Shown here in pieces: positions 25,517-38,583 of a DNA stretch of 64,000 nucleotides. How positions within the stretch are numbered: the stretch's first letter is position 1; every line of letters starts with the position of its first letter. Location of the stretch: the NCBI GenBank assembly GCA_024679065.1, contig JAGIQG010000017.1, positions 39,804,001 to 39,868,000 of the forward strand, given 5' to 3'. The stretch comes from Sphyrna mokarran (Eukaryota). The position numbers were made by a program, and so were the translations under genes. The notes under the pieces were generated by a model. The model searched no databases and was not told the DNA's origin. It saw only the letters and a list, made by a program, of their open reading frames with translations.

Positions 25517-25839
25517 CATAGTGGTTAGCATTGCTGTTTCACAGCTCCAGGGACCCGGGTTCGATTACTGGCTTCGGTCACTGTCTGTGCAAACTCCACA
25601 CGTTCTCCTTATGTCTGCATGAATTTCCTCTGGGTGTTCTGGTTTCCTCCCACAGTCCAAAGACGTGTGGGTTAGATTGATTGGCCTTGCTAAAAATTGC
25701 CCCTTAAAATCCTGAGATGTGTAGGTCAGAGTGATTAGCTGGTAAATATGTAGGGATATGGAATAGGGCCTGTGTGGGATTGGTGCAGACTTGATGGGCC
25801 AAATGGCCTCTTTCTGCACTATAAAGTTTCTATGATTCT
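25517..25839 (+). mobile_element. HE1/V-SINE
   Basis: gtggttagcattgctg...gggacccgggttcgat...V-domain...ttctatgattct. Confidence 0.92.
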
Positions 25840-28629
25840 AGCATTCTCAGCATAGTCATGTATCCTGTAAGCTATTTTACCAAAATAATAAAAATTATGA
25901 TATTACAATAAAATAATCATGTTGTGAACAGGGTTTACTCTCTGTTCCACTCTTCTTTGACTTTAAGTCCAACCCGTAGTAGTAACACTCCAGTGATGGC
26001 CTGAACAAGCAGAGAGTGGGACTTCTGCCCCTCACTGAGAGGGCATACTAGCCACAAGAGCTGATAGCCAATCAGATTAGCCGGTGGTTCTAGCAGGGCC
26101 AGCAGCACCAGAATTCAGTAGTGGACATTGCTGGGACTGCAAAGAGGTCCACAGAAGTCGAAGGTGGATGCAGACCCAGGTTAATCCTGGTCTTCTAAAG
26201 CAGGGAGGAATCAGGCATCCTAGACAGGGGGCAAGGATGATGGGGACCTGGGCATTGGTGGCCAGGCAGGGAGATACAAAATGGAGACAGGAAAGAGGAG
26301 GTACAGTCTTCAAGGGGCTGCCCCTGATGCACACAGGGAACCGTCCAAGATATGTACGTCTCCTCCCTTGCTGCCTTTTCACTAACTTCCGTGACATAAA
26401 CAACCATTTCAGTTGTGCTTGCCTGCTGCTACCCAGTGGTATTATGGCAGTGAAAAAATATTGAGGCCTTTAAGTGGGCAATAACTGATGACTCAAAGGT
26501 TCACTAGGTCTAAAGGCCAATGGGCATCTTACCCACCTCTATTTTGGAAAATGGGTGAGAAGTTGGTAGGAAGGTGAGCTAGTCACCCAACACATTTTAT
26601 GTGACCACCCAACCCCCTCTCTCCAATCTTGCCCTTGCTAAGTGCCCAACCGGGGCTGTAAAGTCCAGCACAATATCGCTGGGGTGAGTGAAGGAAGTGG
26701 AGGCCCGTAAGTCTTGAAAGTAAACTTTGTATTCAAACTAAAGCCTTTCACTCTGCCACATTGCTTTTGTAACCTTAAACGTGTTACCGACGCAAAAGTG
26801 ACATTCTCTGAATATTCTTGTGCACATATACATGACACATGTCATTTCTCCCCTCACAAGAGAATGGTATAAAATAAGCTATTTAACTGCATTTTGCTGT
26901 TAGTAATTCCCTTCAGTCAGACACCAGTCCTGACAGGGTGTTTGATATATTTGTCCAATATTTCAGCCGCCTCAAAGGTCGGTCATTTCACTGAATGCCC
27001 TATGAATTTTACAAATATGGATGAAACCACTCTATTACCTATGATTAATAGTGAAACATTCTATAAAATGTATAAAATAATTATGTCTTTGTCAGTTTAC
27101 ATAATGCCACCGCTGAACGCTGCATCAAAATAGTAATGGTTGACATAAATCTTTTAAATAATTTACAATGTTATAAACCAGCAACATAAGATTCAATATT
27201 GCATCTCTCAGAGTCTTATGTGTTGCATTATTCACATTGCAGTATTCGGCTTATCTGATTTCGCAGATCAACAACTCTGACAAACTTTGCTCATTAAAAA
27301 ATAGTCGAATTCAAAAGACATATCAAAATATAAGCCAAGCTCCATGTAATGTGCTCATGATTACATGAGTAAACAGAATTATTTATTGCATGAAGTTTTA
27401 AAAACTTGAATATTGATGTATTTTAATTGGTGTCAGGGGCACACTATGAAACTGCAAATATAATTTCCTCCTACACAGTGTCAACAATCCTGCTATATAT
27501 TGTAAATTACACAAGAGCAATTGATTTCTGATGCATCCTTGTAAATAATCTAGTTTTGTTTTGTAGGGTTAGTAACATTTGAAACAGAAATATTTACTAT
27601 ATATAAAAACTAGCATAGCAACATAATTAAAGCTCCGTGGCCAGTGTACCTTTGAAAATCATCACGCCTCATAAATGTCACACTTCAAAGCATGTTACCT
27701 CTGCAAGGTGAAATTTCAAGATTGGCTGAAAAATATGGTATCTAGTCTTGAAGCTGACAATCAGATATCCATCCAAAACAGCATGAAAGGTCCAAAATTC
27801 AAAGAACCAAAACGGTTTCAGAAAAACTGAACAATCATAATGCTAATATATTTTTTCAAAGTGACTGTGAAACTGCAGTGTCTTACAGCTGCAACAGTGT
27901 CTCAGTGATGAGGAGTTTGAGATTTGAATGTTGACAAAGGGTCATCCTGATTCAAAACTATTTACAGACCCCAGGTTACTGCCTTGCATGCAGACTGCCT
28001 GCTTACAGAAAATTCTCTTAGAATCTATTGCCATGTAACTCTATACATCATACCATGTCCGATGTTAACTTTGCTCTGCCAAGTACTCTTACATTACAAC
28101 GGCATGAATATAGGGATCATAGCATCCCTTTCTCTTATCTATATAAAACATTCCTTCCCTTCACTGAAGTATTACAATCTTTTCTTGCGATCCCTTTTCC
28201 CATCATCTCAGGCTCCTGACTTTATGAATTCAGATAGTCTTGAGTCCTGACAGTTCTTCCATACTTAGCTCTGTCACATGTAAAGGAATGGTAACCCTGT
28301 GTTTCTGGGTTTATCTCCATTGGATTTATTTTCTGCTCTTCTTTGATTTGCATTCTCTTTGTTAACAATCCATCTGTTTTTTTTCAGGCACTGTGGGGAT
28401 TGTGCTTTATGTTTCTTCCTAGATTCTATTTAAATTTCCCTTTTCCAATGACGCCCGCCATGTTCCTGCTGGACGTATATGTTTCGCAAGTGGAACTTTC
28501 ATTTCCAACTGTTCATCTCAGCTAAACATTTGTTTGCTGATTTCTTTTCCAAGTCATTTTGCAAGCTTATCAATCTTTGCATTCAGTTCAATGGTTCTCA
28601 GTTCTCAATAAGCAGTCGTTAGCATCAAC

Positions 28630-29325
28630 CAATTTAGTTTCCATAAGGACCACCCTTACCATTTACATTGAAAGTGGCTTTCAGAGACTGCAGAAGACAG
28701 GTGGTGTGTTCCCCGACCTCACAGCCACCTACGACACCATTTGGCACATTGGCCTCCTCCTAAAACTGTTACGGACCATCTCCCTCCGGCAACTAAAAAC
28801 ATTGGAACACTTCTGAACAGCCAAAGGTTCTGAGCTCACTTTGAACAGAAAAAAAATATGGAAAGTGCAAACCAATGTATTTCCCAAAGACTTTTTACTG
28901 GTTGCAACCGTGTTCAACTTCTGCACAAATTATTTTCCAAAAACTACCTTCTGAAATTTCATATATGCCAATGATATCTGCCTCCAAACTCCAACCTCCG
29001 ACTTTGAACCTTGGAGCAGACCCTAAACAAGGACTTGCAAAACTTAAACAATACTGCAACACATGCGACTTAGCCAAGCCCTGCAAAAGCAATATCCAGC
29101 TTACTCCATCTTTATTATGCAAAGGACAATAAATAGCCCTACATCCTGATGAATGGCTAGAAGTTAAAGCACCACCATTTCCAACATATCTCAATCCTAC
29201 ATAGGAAACATTGTTCAATGTTTGATATGACAATGTTCTAAGAAAATTTAAAAACAACTGCAGCTAAGGTCAAATCTAGAAGCAATTTAATTGCCAAACT
29301 AGCCAGCTCAATATGGGGTGCTGCA
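28630..29325 (+). mobile_element. Degenerate Vingi/Ingi-like LINE RT fragment
   Basis: LTIYIESGFQRLQKTGGVFPDLTATYDTIWHIGLLLKL resembles the Vingi RT motif GAVFVDLTAAYDTVWH; frameshifted downstream. Confidence 0.7.
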
Positions 29326-29327
29326 AG

Positions 29328-29660
29328 CACATAGGAACATAAGAACTAGGAGCAGGAATAAGCCACCTGGTCCCACGAGTCTGCTCTGCCATTCAATAAA
29401 ATTATGGCTGATCTTTGCGTGGACTCAGCTCCACTTTCCCACCCATTCACCATAACCCTTCATTCCTTTACTGTTCAAAAATTTATTTATTCTTGCCTTA
29501 AAAACATTCAATGAGTTAACCTCAACCACTTCGCTATACAGGGAATTCCACAGATTCACAATGTTTTGTGTGAAGAAGTTCTTCCCCAACTCAGTCCTAA
29601 ATCTGCTCCCCCTTATTTTGAGGCCATGCCTCCTAGTTTTAGTTTTAAACCTAGTTCTAG
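29328..29660 (-). mobile_element. CR1 3' end
   Basis: ORF 29425..29682: HGLKIRGSRFRTELGKNFFTQNIVNLWNSL. Confidence 0.9.
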
Positions 29661-29699
29661 TGCCAAACCTCAGCACTTCCACTCCATTGTGGACCTATC

Positions 29700-29876
29700 A
29701 TATATTAAGTTGATCTTTCTCTACACCCTAGCTATGACAGTATCACTATATTTTGCGCTCTCTCCTTTCCTTCTCCCATACTTCTTCTATGAATGGTACG
29801 TTTTGTCTCTACAGCGCACAAGAACAATACTTTTCACTATATAGCAATACATGTGACAATAATAAATCAAATCAAA
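29700..29876 (+). mobile_element. LINE 3' tail ending (aaatc)n (Rex1/L2-like; class uncertain)
   Basis: caatacttttcact...catgtgacaataataaatcaaatcaaa; same tail at 45385-45460 and 55060-55268. Confidence 0.6.
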
Positions 29877-29879
29877 CCT

Positions 29880-31150
29880 CTCATTTCCCTTGGTGTTTTA
29901 TTGCAAATATGCTGGATCACTCTTGTGTCTGGTGTAGACATTTTCTTAACCAAAATGCACCTGGTTCTTCTCATTTTCTGTCCATTGGTCTTGTATTTAC
30001 AGTTTTAAATTGGGTTTCTCCTTTAAGACTGAGTGTGCTAATTTTTTTATAACTCGGGCTGTCTCTATAGCCACCAGTTCCTTTGTTGTGAGCTTATTGT
30101 GTTTTTCTGCTTTTGGCAGGTCCCCCAGCAATCATGGGCCTTCTGTTTTAATCTTTCAGGGCAGAAGTATTTTTTCTGGGCAAATCTTTCCTTTTTACTT
30201 TCTCTGCAGGTTCTTTGAACTTTGGGAGATTTGGCAGACATACTTTTATCACAGTTGTTATAAAACATTTTCTTTAAAGTTTCAAAACAGCAACAATTCT
30301 TTACCAGGAGATTATTTCTGGGGTTTTTTTGCTGCTGTTGGAGTTTACACTCTTTGTGAATATCCCTCCTTTGAGAGTTTGGTGGGCTCATGGTCCAATC
30401 AAAGCCCTTCTTTCTAAACTTAAAGTGACAGCACTTTTCTCCTCTGTGCTGCCTGCCCTTTGTTTATTTTTCAGGTATCTTTCTTCTTTCCTCAATGGTT
30501 TCTTCTTTATTCTGCAGCGTTTCTTCCAGCTCTGTCTGCTGTTTTTTTAACTCTCCCAGTGTCTCTATAGATATGCTGAGCCGGGGACCTGCCACCTTTC
30601 CAATGCAAGAACAGCTTCCAAGTTTTGCTCACCACATTGGGAACTGTGTAGTGTTCTTCACACTGTCTCACTCAAGGATCTTGAAACTTTTGTAACTTTG
30701 CTCACTGTCTTGTGATCTTAACTCAGCCTCACTCGCGGGGACAAATATTCCCACTCTCCCCACCATGGGAATCGAAGCGAACAAGGGGTGGACCGTGGAA
30801 AAGTCTGCTGACCTCAGGCAGGATTTTCCGGTTAGGGGCGAGCATGGACGGTTAATCCTGCCCAAAGTCTCTTAACTTTTGTAGTTGTTTTCACCCATCT
30901 TGTGATCTGACCAGGTTTCTTCTTACTCTGTATTACTCAGCAGTCTCACAATGGCCTTCTACCCTGGTGAATTCCACAACTTCGAAGTCTGTAGCAAAGC
31001 TTCTTCAACAATACCTTTAATTTTTCTCCTTTGGTGCACACCTCTTTCGTCCACTTCAGCTGCCTTGGGATCCTGCTCCATGTTCATCGTTTAAAGTGCC
31101 ACTGCTAATCACCATGTTGTGTGATAATCCGACCACTGCCACCCGCATTG
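29880..31150 (-). mobile_element. Probable degenerate LTR-retrotransposon 5' internal (gag-like) region
   Basis: Minus strand ACAACA-TGGTG (LTR end/PBS-like) at about 31120, then A-rich broken reading frames with a decayed zinc-knuckle-like stretch. Confidence 0.4.
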
Positions 31151-31176
31151 TAATATGTGATAGTCTGCTGTCACCG

Positions 31177-31695
31177 TATAGAAACTAGAAGGAGGAGTAG
31201 GCCATTCGGCCCTTCTAACCTGCTCTGCTGTTCATTTTGATCATGGCTAATCATCAAATTCAAGATCCTGACCCTACCCTTCCTCCCATATCCCTCCTTG
31301 ATCCCTTTATCCCCAAGAGCTACATCTAATTTCTTCTTGAGAACACACAGTATTTTGGCCTCAACTACATTTCGTGATAGTGAAGTCCACACATTCGCCA
31401 CCTTTGAGTGAAGAAATCTCTCCTCACCTCAGTTCTAAAAGGTTTATTCCTTATCCTATGACCTTCATTCTGGATTCCCCCACTATTGGAAACGTTCTTT
31501 TTGAATCTACTCTGTCTAACTCTGTTAGAATTTTATAAGTTTCTGTGAGATCCCCTCTCACTCTTCTAAACTCTAGTGAATACAATCCTAACCGACTTAG
31601 TCTCTCCTCATATGACAGATCTGCCATCTCAGGAAGCAGCCTGGTAAACTTTCACAATACTCCTTCTACAACAAGGATACTTCCTCAGATAAGCA
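31177..31695 (-). mobile_element. CR1 3' end
   Basis: tagaaactagaaggaggagtaggccattcggcc tail; degenerate RLGLYSLEFRRVRGDL. Confidence 0.88.
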
Positions 31696-32162
31696 TATGT
31701 TGGATAAGGACATAAGGGTATGTTGTGCTACGCTGAAAGGGCTGATCGCCAACTGCTGCCAGCCATGTCATGCCTACAGTGTCTCACTGTTGCAGCGGTG
31801 TCTCAGTAATGTTAGTCTTTTAACAATTTACAGATCCTATGTTAAGCAGATTAGCTGCTTAGAGCGTGTTCTCCCTGAGTCTATTACCATGTGATTCTAT
31901 ACATCATACTGTGGATGGTATTATTCTCCAGACCCACATTAATCCTTGCTCTGCTGAGCACCTTTACATTACAATGACACACACAGAATATTACAACTGT
32001 TATCAATCATAAACTAAATAAATACTACAACACCATGCTATCAGATTGTTCAGGTAACTTCACACTGTTTCAGGTGCCATGTTCCTTTTTCACTCCGGTT
32101 AGTCTCTATATAGCTATAAGTGTCTAAAAGAATCAGATAGAAATGTAATATGTTTTACTCAC

Positions 32163-32295
32163 CTTCTAAACCCCCCAGTTAAAGTCAGAGTTACATCAGG
32201 TGCATATTCATGGAGAATATTTTCTATAATTTGACCAACAGCATCTGCCTCTGGTCTTCTTACAGCATTACTGATGTCTTCATAATACAAAAAAC
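32163..32295 (-). CDS. DNTT: TdT coding exon (exon 7 equivalent; start of palm, GGFRR motif)
   Basis: ctctccttag|...|gtgagt; 133 nt, phase 1-2; (G)FLYYEDISNAVRRPEADAVGQIIENILHEYAPDVTLTLTGGFR(R). Confidence 0.97.
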
Positions 32296-34527
32296 CTAAG
32301 GAGAGGGAAGTTTTATTAACACTTCATTGTGAGATTGCATCCTAAATGTTAAACCAACGTAGTTAATTTTGATCTTACATTTTATACCCTGAAGCTAAGT
32401 TTTATAAATCACAACAGCAGAAGATACCCTCATACAAATTAAAATGCCTAAGAAACAGGTTTGCAGGTTAATTTTGGAAGTAATGGGGCGAGATTTTCCG
32501 ATCACTCTCACCCCCAAGACCAGAAAATCTGTGACGAGAAGATCACATTTTGAGATTATCAACCAACAATGGAATTTTGGTTCACACCCTCACTGGGCAC
32601 GAATCAGATTAGCATACATGAATATATTTATTTAAATATTCAAAATCGGCTTTAAGTGGAATTCTCCGGCCTCTTTAAATTTTCCCTACCACTGGTGTGA
32701 CGAGAAGTCAGAGGGAAACACTCCTGGTCTCCAGAAACCAGACACAATGACCATGTTGGGTGGGTGTGGTCTAGGAGGTCATCGTAGGCCTTGGGTGGTC
32801 AGGAACATGGCTGGGCAGCTCACTGGTACCCTGGCAATGCCAGGTCAGAATCACCAGGTTGACATTGCCAAGGGTTGGGGCCTGATGACGGCACAGCCTA
32901 TAAGTGAGCCCATAGCAGGGGTTCATATATATACTAGTGGGGCCTTTTGATACTGGCGAGAGGGATGGGTGTGTGACCTTAAAAATTAATCTGAGATTGG
33001 AACACCTTCTAAAAAGGACTCTGAGAAGCTGGTGTCTTTAGGCCACACTTATTTTGCTCACAGCACAAAGCTCCAGAAAAATTACACCAGGGCACAGGAT
33101 TACAATTGAACCGATTGGTTCAATGACAATCGCAGGGACTTCCCATCCAAAATAACACTTTGTCTTTTTTTTTGGAGAATTGCAGTTGCAGTTTCATTTT
33201 GACCAATTTCTCCCAGACTGTGTTTGGTGACATCACAACTGCAGGGGGCGCAGTTTGCGCACATGTGTTAGTGTTGATAACATCAAAGGCAGGACTGCAG
33301 AACTCTGACTTTAAAAACAGAGCAGATCGGGAGAAAAATTGAAGCAGGTTTGTAGATTGTTCTCTGGATTAGAGTGTTACGTTAGCTCCCAGTAAAAGCA
33401 TCCAAAATGGCAGCCAGTCAGCTGTGCTAACCAGGTTAGACCTTGTTGTATATAATTTCCCAGACTAGCTAACACGCATCGGAATTTTGCAAAAGCTGAT
33501 TGTGTGGAGATTGCCAAGTGTTTAGGGGAATGCAGAGTTATTTTGGTAACTCACTGGAGGAGTTATCAAACAATTGAGCATCAGGGCTACCAGATGGACT
33601 GCAGCTCACAACAGGAGGACAGGGATAAGGTGACAGGGCGGTAGTGAAAGGACTCTCTGAGAGCTGGTGCATGATTTTTTCCAAAATATGACTGAGTGTC
33701 ACTCTGGGTGAGAGAGCTGGGTGTGCCGGCATGAATCGGATTGTAGCTTTCCACACATAGGCCCTGAATTTACCGGCACACCAGCCTGAGAATGTTGTTT
33801 TGTGAGGCTTGTCCGCCCCAATTACAAGGCAGCCATGCTGGAAAAATCAAGGCCTTAGTCATATTTTTTGGGAGTGGGGCAAGTCTTGTCACAGTTCTGA
33901 GAGGGGCGGGTCCCAAACATGCCAGCTAATGCAGCTTCACAGAGGTCAGGCACTGTTTTTAAAGGACGCCCCCAATCTCAAAGTGAAATTGAAGATCCCT
34001 CCCTCGACTCACCTCACAGACATTGGGCACTGCTCCTCTCCCCAACAAAAATCACCAGAATTGTGGCATTGGGGTTCTCCCAATAGGTCCCTCTTTATAT
34101 CTCCTTCCTCCCCCCCCCACCCACATATCCCTCCCTTCATGATTCCCCTCCCTCATGAGCCTTCTGTTTTGCGAACCGTACCCTACTCATGCCTCACCCC
34201 CCCTCATGCTCCAGCTCCCCACTCAGACCCCACTCCAGGTAAGGGCAGGAAACAGATTCTGTCCGGGAGTAGTGGATGGGTGGATTTCAGTGGGGTTTTG
34301 CGCCAGTGCTGAATGCATTAAACCCCTCCACTGCAATTCTCCAGCCCTGCTCCATTCTAACACAACCAGCGCTGGGTGCAAAAAATAGCAGCCCATGGCA
34401 TTTTGATGTTTGTTTTGATATCAGCAAACGCAGGGACACAAACTTGTATTGGCACTCGCTGATAGGGACTTCAACAGCGGGAGGAATCATCCATACGCCA
34501 GCGGACAGTGCAAGCTGAGCCTGCATG

Positions 34528-35180
34528 TGTAACTGTTCTTGAAGCCTGGCCAATTGTTTCTTCCAAACTTCACTGCCTAATTGTGTATAGCGAGTGTAAT
34601 CTGGTCTGCATGCGTAAACTAGTGTTGTCTCATGTGCTATCCTTATACTTCCCCGGTAGCAGAACAGCAAAAAACAAACAATACTTTATACATGATTGCA
34701 AAGTTTGATATCTTGGGTTCGAGGATTTTATTAGTCCATCTCCATAACATATGAGTAATAAACCTACTGGAACCCCAGGCCCTGAAAATCCAATGAGCCT
34801 GATAATTATGCTCTCTTCACTCAGATGGAAATCCCCTCAGCTGATCCTCGCTAATGTTCTGAGGTCGGCTGGAGGTAAACCTATTTTAAAATCCATTAAA
34901 TTTGGGCACAGGCCGCTTGTGATAACCCCCACGACTGATATGGGGAATCATTGATTGACCTCCCTGTAGGACTATTTGAATATGAGCTCCCTGGGGGTTG
35001 GTAATGAACTAACCACTCGGAGCTCGTACACCGAGTCCTGTATAATGTAAGCTTCTGAGTGGTTCCATTATTCCTTTTCCCATTTGAGACTTGTGTTCAT
35101 CACAGGCTTGTGAAATAAAGCACTGTTTCTTTACAGCCTGGAGTTATTATACCGCTGGGAACGCGTCTTGGGTAATTGCA
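34528..35180 (+). mobile_element. Probable solo LTR
   Basis: Begins TGTAA and ends TTGCA, with AATAAA at about 35114; sits within GC-rich MITE-like sequence; no clean TSD. Confidence 0.45.
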
Positions 35181-35369
35181 AATCAGGAAGACCTAGCAGA
35201 GAAATGCAGGATTCCTGATTTTCCCCCAGAATGTAAAAGAAGGTGCCATACCCACACAGTACCATTTAAAAATAAACATAGGCTGAATTCTGAATGGAGT
35301 ACATTCTGATTCCTGTCCAGACCTCACTACATTCCACCAGTCATCAGAGAGATAGAACAAATCTAACTA

Positions 35370-36085
35370 CTCTGTATTGGTATTCACCAAGGAGAAGGAT
35401 ATGGTGGATGTTGAAGTTAGTAATAGATGTGTGAACGTTCTAGAGAACGTCAATATATCGAAGGAGGAAGTGTTGAGTATTCTAAATTGCATTAAAGTAG
35501 ACAAGTCCCTGGGGCTGAATGGGATCTATCCCAAGTTACTATGGGTGGCAAGGGAAGAAATAGCTGGAGCTTTATCAAATATCTTCACATTCTCTTTGAC
35601 CTCAGACAATGTTCCAAAGGACTGAAAGATAGCCAATGTTGTTGCCATGTTTAAAAAAAGAAACAGGGATAATCCAGGAAACTATAAGCCGGTAAGCCTG
35701 ACATCAGTGGTGCAAAACGTTTGGAGAAAATATTAAGGGACAGGGTATATGCACATTTGGAGGAAAATGGACTAGTTAGTGACAGGCAGCATGGTTTTGT
35801 ATGGGAAAGGTCATGCAAGGATTGAACATAGAACATAGAACATTACAGCGCAGAACAGGCCCTTCAGCCTTCGATGTTGCGCCGACCAATTAGGAACAAG
35901 CAATGACCCTTTAACCTAAACCATTCCCTTTTCATCCATAAACTTATCTACTAACCTCTTAAACGCCACCAAACTTGGCGCATCTACATTCACCGGATCA
36001 CCAACTTGATTAAGTTGTTTAAAGTTGACAAAGATAATTGATGAGGGAAGGGCTATGGATATAGTTTATATAGACTTTAGTAAGA
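35370..36085 (+). mobile_element. Older CR1 RT fragment with a young CR1 3' end inserted in reverse (35824-35994)
   Basis: DKSLGLNGIYPKLL, NYKPVSLTS; the insert closely matches 3640-3800. Confidence 0.88.
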
Positions 36086-36834
36086 GGGAGTTTGAGTTGC
36101 TGTGGCAACATGCACTTTCAAAGGGCTGAATTTTCCCATCCTGCCCATCACGGGAATGATAGCGGGTGGGACATGGGCCATGCAAACGTCTGTTGATCGC
36201 AGATGGAATACTCTTATCTTGGGGATAGCCTGGCAGGAAAAATCCCGACCAAAAAATTACTACTTTTTCACTTTTATTATAATTTCTAGGTTTTAGTCTG
36301 GAGTTCGAGATAGTGACAGTGGAGGCTCCAATGTTCTTTCTATCACATAGTTGACCAGAAATCACTCCCTCTCTTACTTCCTTGCATGTGTTGACAAAAT
36401 TTACAGGTTGATTATATATCCGTTTGGCTGAATCATGAAGAAACCTACTTTGAGCACCATGTTCTGGAGTGGGAATCGAAGCAAGCACAATTTAGCTACC
36501 TGCTGTGTTAAAAGCCCTCTTCATTAGTGCGATCCCACTATAACGATACCATACAATATTCCCTCAAAGTTGCAAAGATAGTGTACATGTCGTTCACAAT
36601 CTGCCTGCTTTTAAGGCACTGCATGGGCATTGTCCCAGAATTAAGTTTAAAGGTACAGCACAGTTAATATGAAGAGGCAGTTCAGAGTGGAAAATATTTC
36701 AAGAGAACATTTCTCACCAGGATACCCAAGGACCTGTCGATAACAATGGTTTCCTTTTAATTCTTAGTATGAGTTTCTGTTATGCTGAGAAGTTTGCTAT
36801 TACAATTACCATTGTTTTATAACTATTTATAAAG

Positions 36835-36993
36835 AATCATAGAATCCTACAGTGCAGAAGGAGGCTGTTCAGCCCATCGAGCCTGCACCAACCCAAATCC
36901 CACCCAGACCCTACCCCATAACCCCATGCATTTACCCCCTGACACTAAGGACAATTTAGCATGGTCAATGCACCTAACTTGCACATCTTTGGA
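36835..36993 (-). mobile_element. HE1/V-SINE 3' part
   Basis: aatcatagaatcctacagtgcagaaggaggc...gcacatctttgga. Confidence 0.85.
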
Positions 36994-37612
36994 TACGTAT
37001 ATATGTGTAATATGTATACATGTATTGTAATATACATTGCAATTTTATGTAATTTACATCAGTTTATTTTCCTTTGGGGATGACATATGACAATATCAGA
37101 AATCTCACAATTTTATTCAAATATTGATTCACTTGGTCTGATTTTTAACTCTTTGCAAATGGATGGATTTTGAGTAAGCTAAAATTTTCCCCATTCAGGA
37201 TGAAAAGCAGTCAAACACTTTACAGTCCCCATCTTAAATAATGGAGCGTGATTTAGTTTAGTGAGGATATTATTTATGTTTAATACAACAGCCGTATCAT
37301 GTAATCTATTATCATCTACTGCAAAATATGTAAAAGCCATTTGGAAGGCTACAAGTTTAGAGAGGGACTCAGCAATTTGAAGATTTTATCACCATATTAA
37401 TTCAGAGCGAACATGCAGATTCTTGCAATGGGAGAACAGGAGGTGGAGGTGCGGGGGATGAATTCGCTCACATCACTAAGACCACCTCAACCCTGACCCG
37501 GTTTCCCAGGTTGGGATCATTTTAAAAGCGGGATTTAAAGCATTGAGGGGAAGCCCACCCGTACAATGGAGGAAAATCACAGTAATGCGCACAACATTGA
37601 ATTACCCAAACT

Positions 37613-37878
37613 CACAAAATCCCCACGGTGCAGTAGGAGGCCATTTGGCCCACAGGGCTGCACAGACTGTCTGACGGAGTATCTTATCAAGCTCTCTCCC
37701 CTATCCTACCCTTGTAACCCCACACATTTAGCGTGGCCAATTCATCTAACCTACATATGTTTGGACTTTGGAAAGAAACCGGAGCACCCGGAGGAAACCC
37801 ACGCAAACATGGAGAGAATGTGCAAATGCCACAAATCCAAGGCCAAAATTGAGCACAGATCCCTGACACTGTGAGGCA
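37613..37878 (-). mobile_element. HE1/V-SINE
   Basis: aaaccggagcacccggaggaaacccacgca core. Confidence 0.88.
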
Positions 37879-38418
37879 ACAAAGAACACTAAGAACAAAA
37901 TAAAGAATTTGGTTGGAGGCCTTTAATGATTTCAAGGCCACGCAGATGATGTTTTGGGACAGAGGAGGAATGAGTAAAGGCCTCTCTACCAGATCCTCTT
38001 TTCTTATCAGAATATTCCTGGGGCCACCTTGCCAATATCTCAGTCTAATCCCACCTTCTACTAGGCAATTCTGTTGAGCTGCAGTAAACAGGGTAGATAA
38101 CGGGGAAATAGGTTTGGGATTGACCTCTACATGTAATGGGCCAGAAAGAAAGAATTGGTCAACAACAATCCTAGCCAAGGAAAGTGAAATGAGGTGTTGG
38201 AAAGTCTCACTGCAATTCTAAACAGGATCAGGAAGGAAAACCCAACCCAATATATCCTCAATGCCCCACAATTTCATTACATGAATGCATATTCCAAATT
38301 GTTTTGAATTACTTTACATTTGTTTTATAATGTAATGTATTCCCTTATGGAACATAGAAGTAATGAGAAATTCAAAGTAAATTGGATAAGAGTGCATATT
38401 TTGATTATTATGTTATTA

Positions 38419-38583
<165 letters not shown>

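Noticed and set aside
1-32162. Exons of VA opsin or OPALIN, which neighbour DNTT in other vertebrates
   Set aside because: I saw no opsin motifs (ERY, YNPxxY) and no OPALIN-like transmembrane exon.
33809-34670. 167-aa and 127-aa ORFs
   Set aside because: Low-complexity GC-rich transposon interior.
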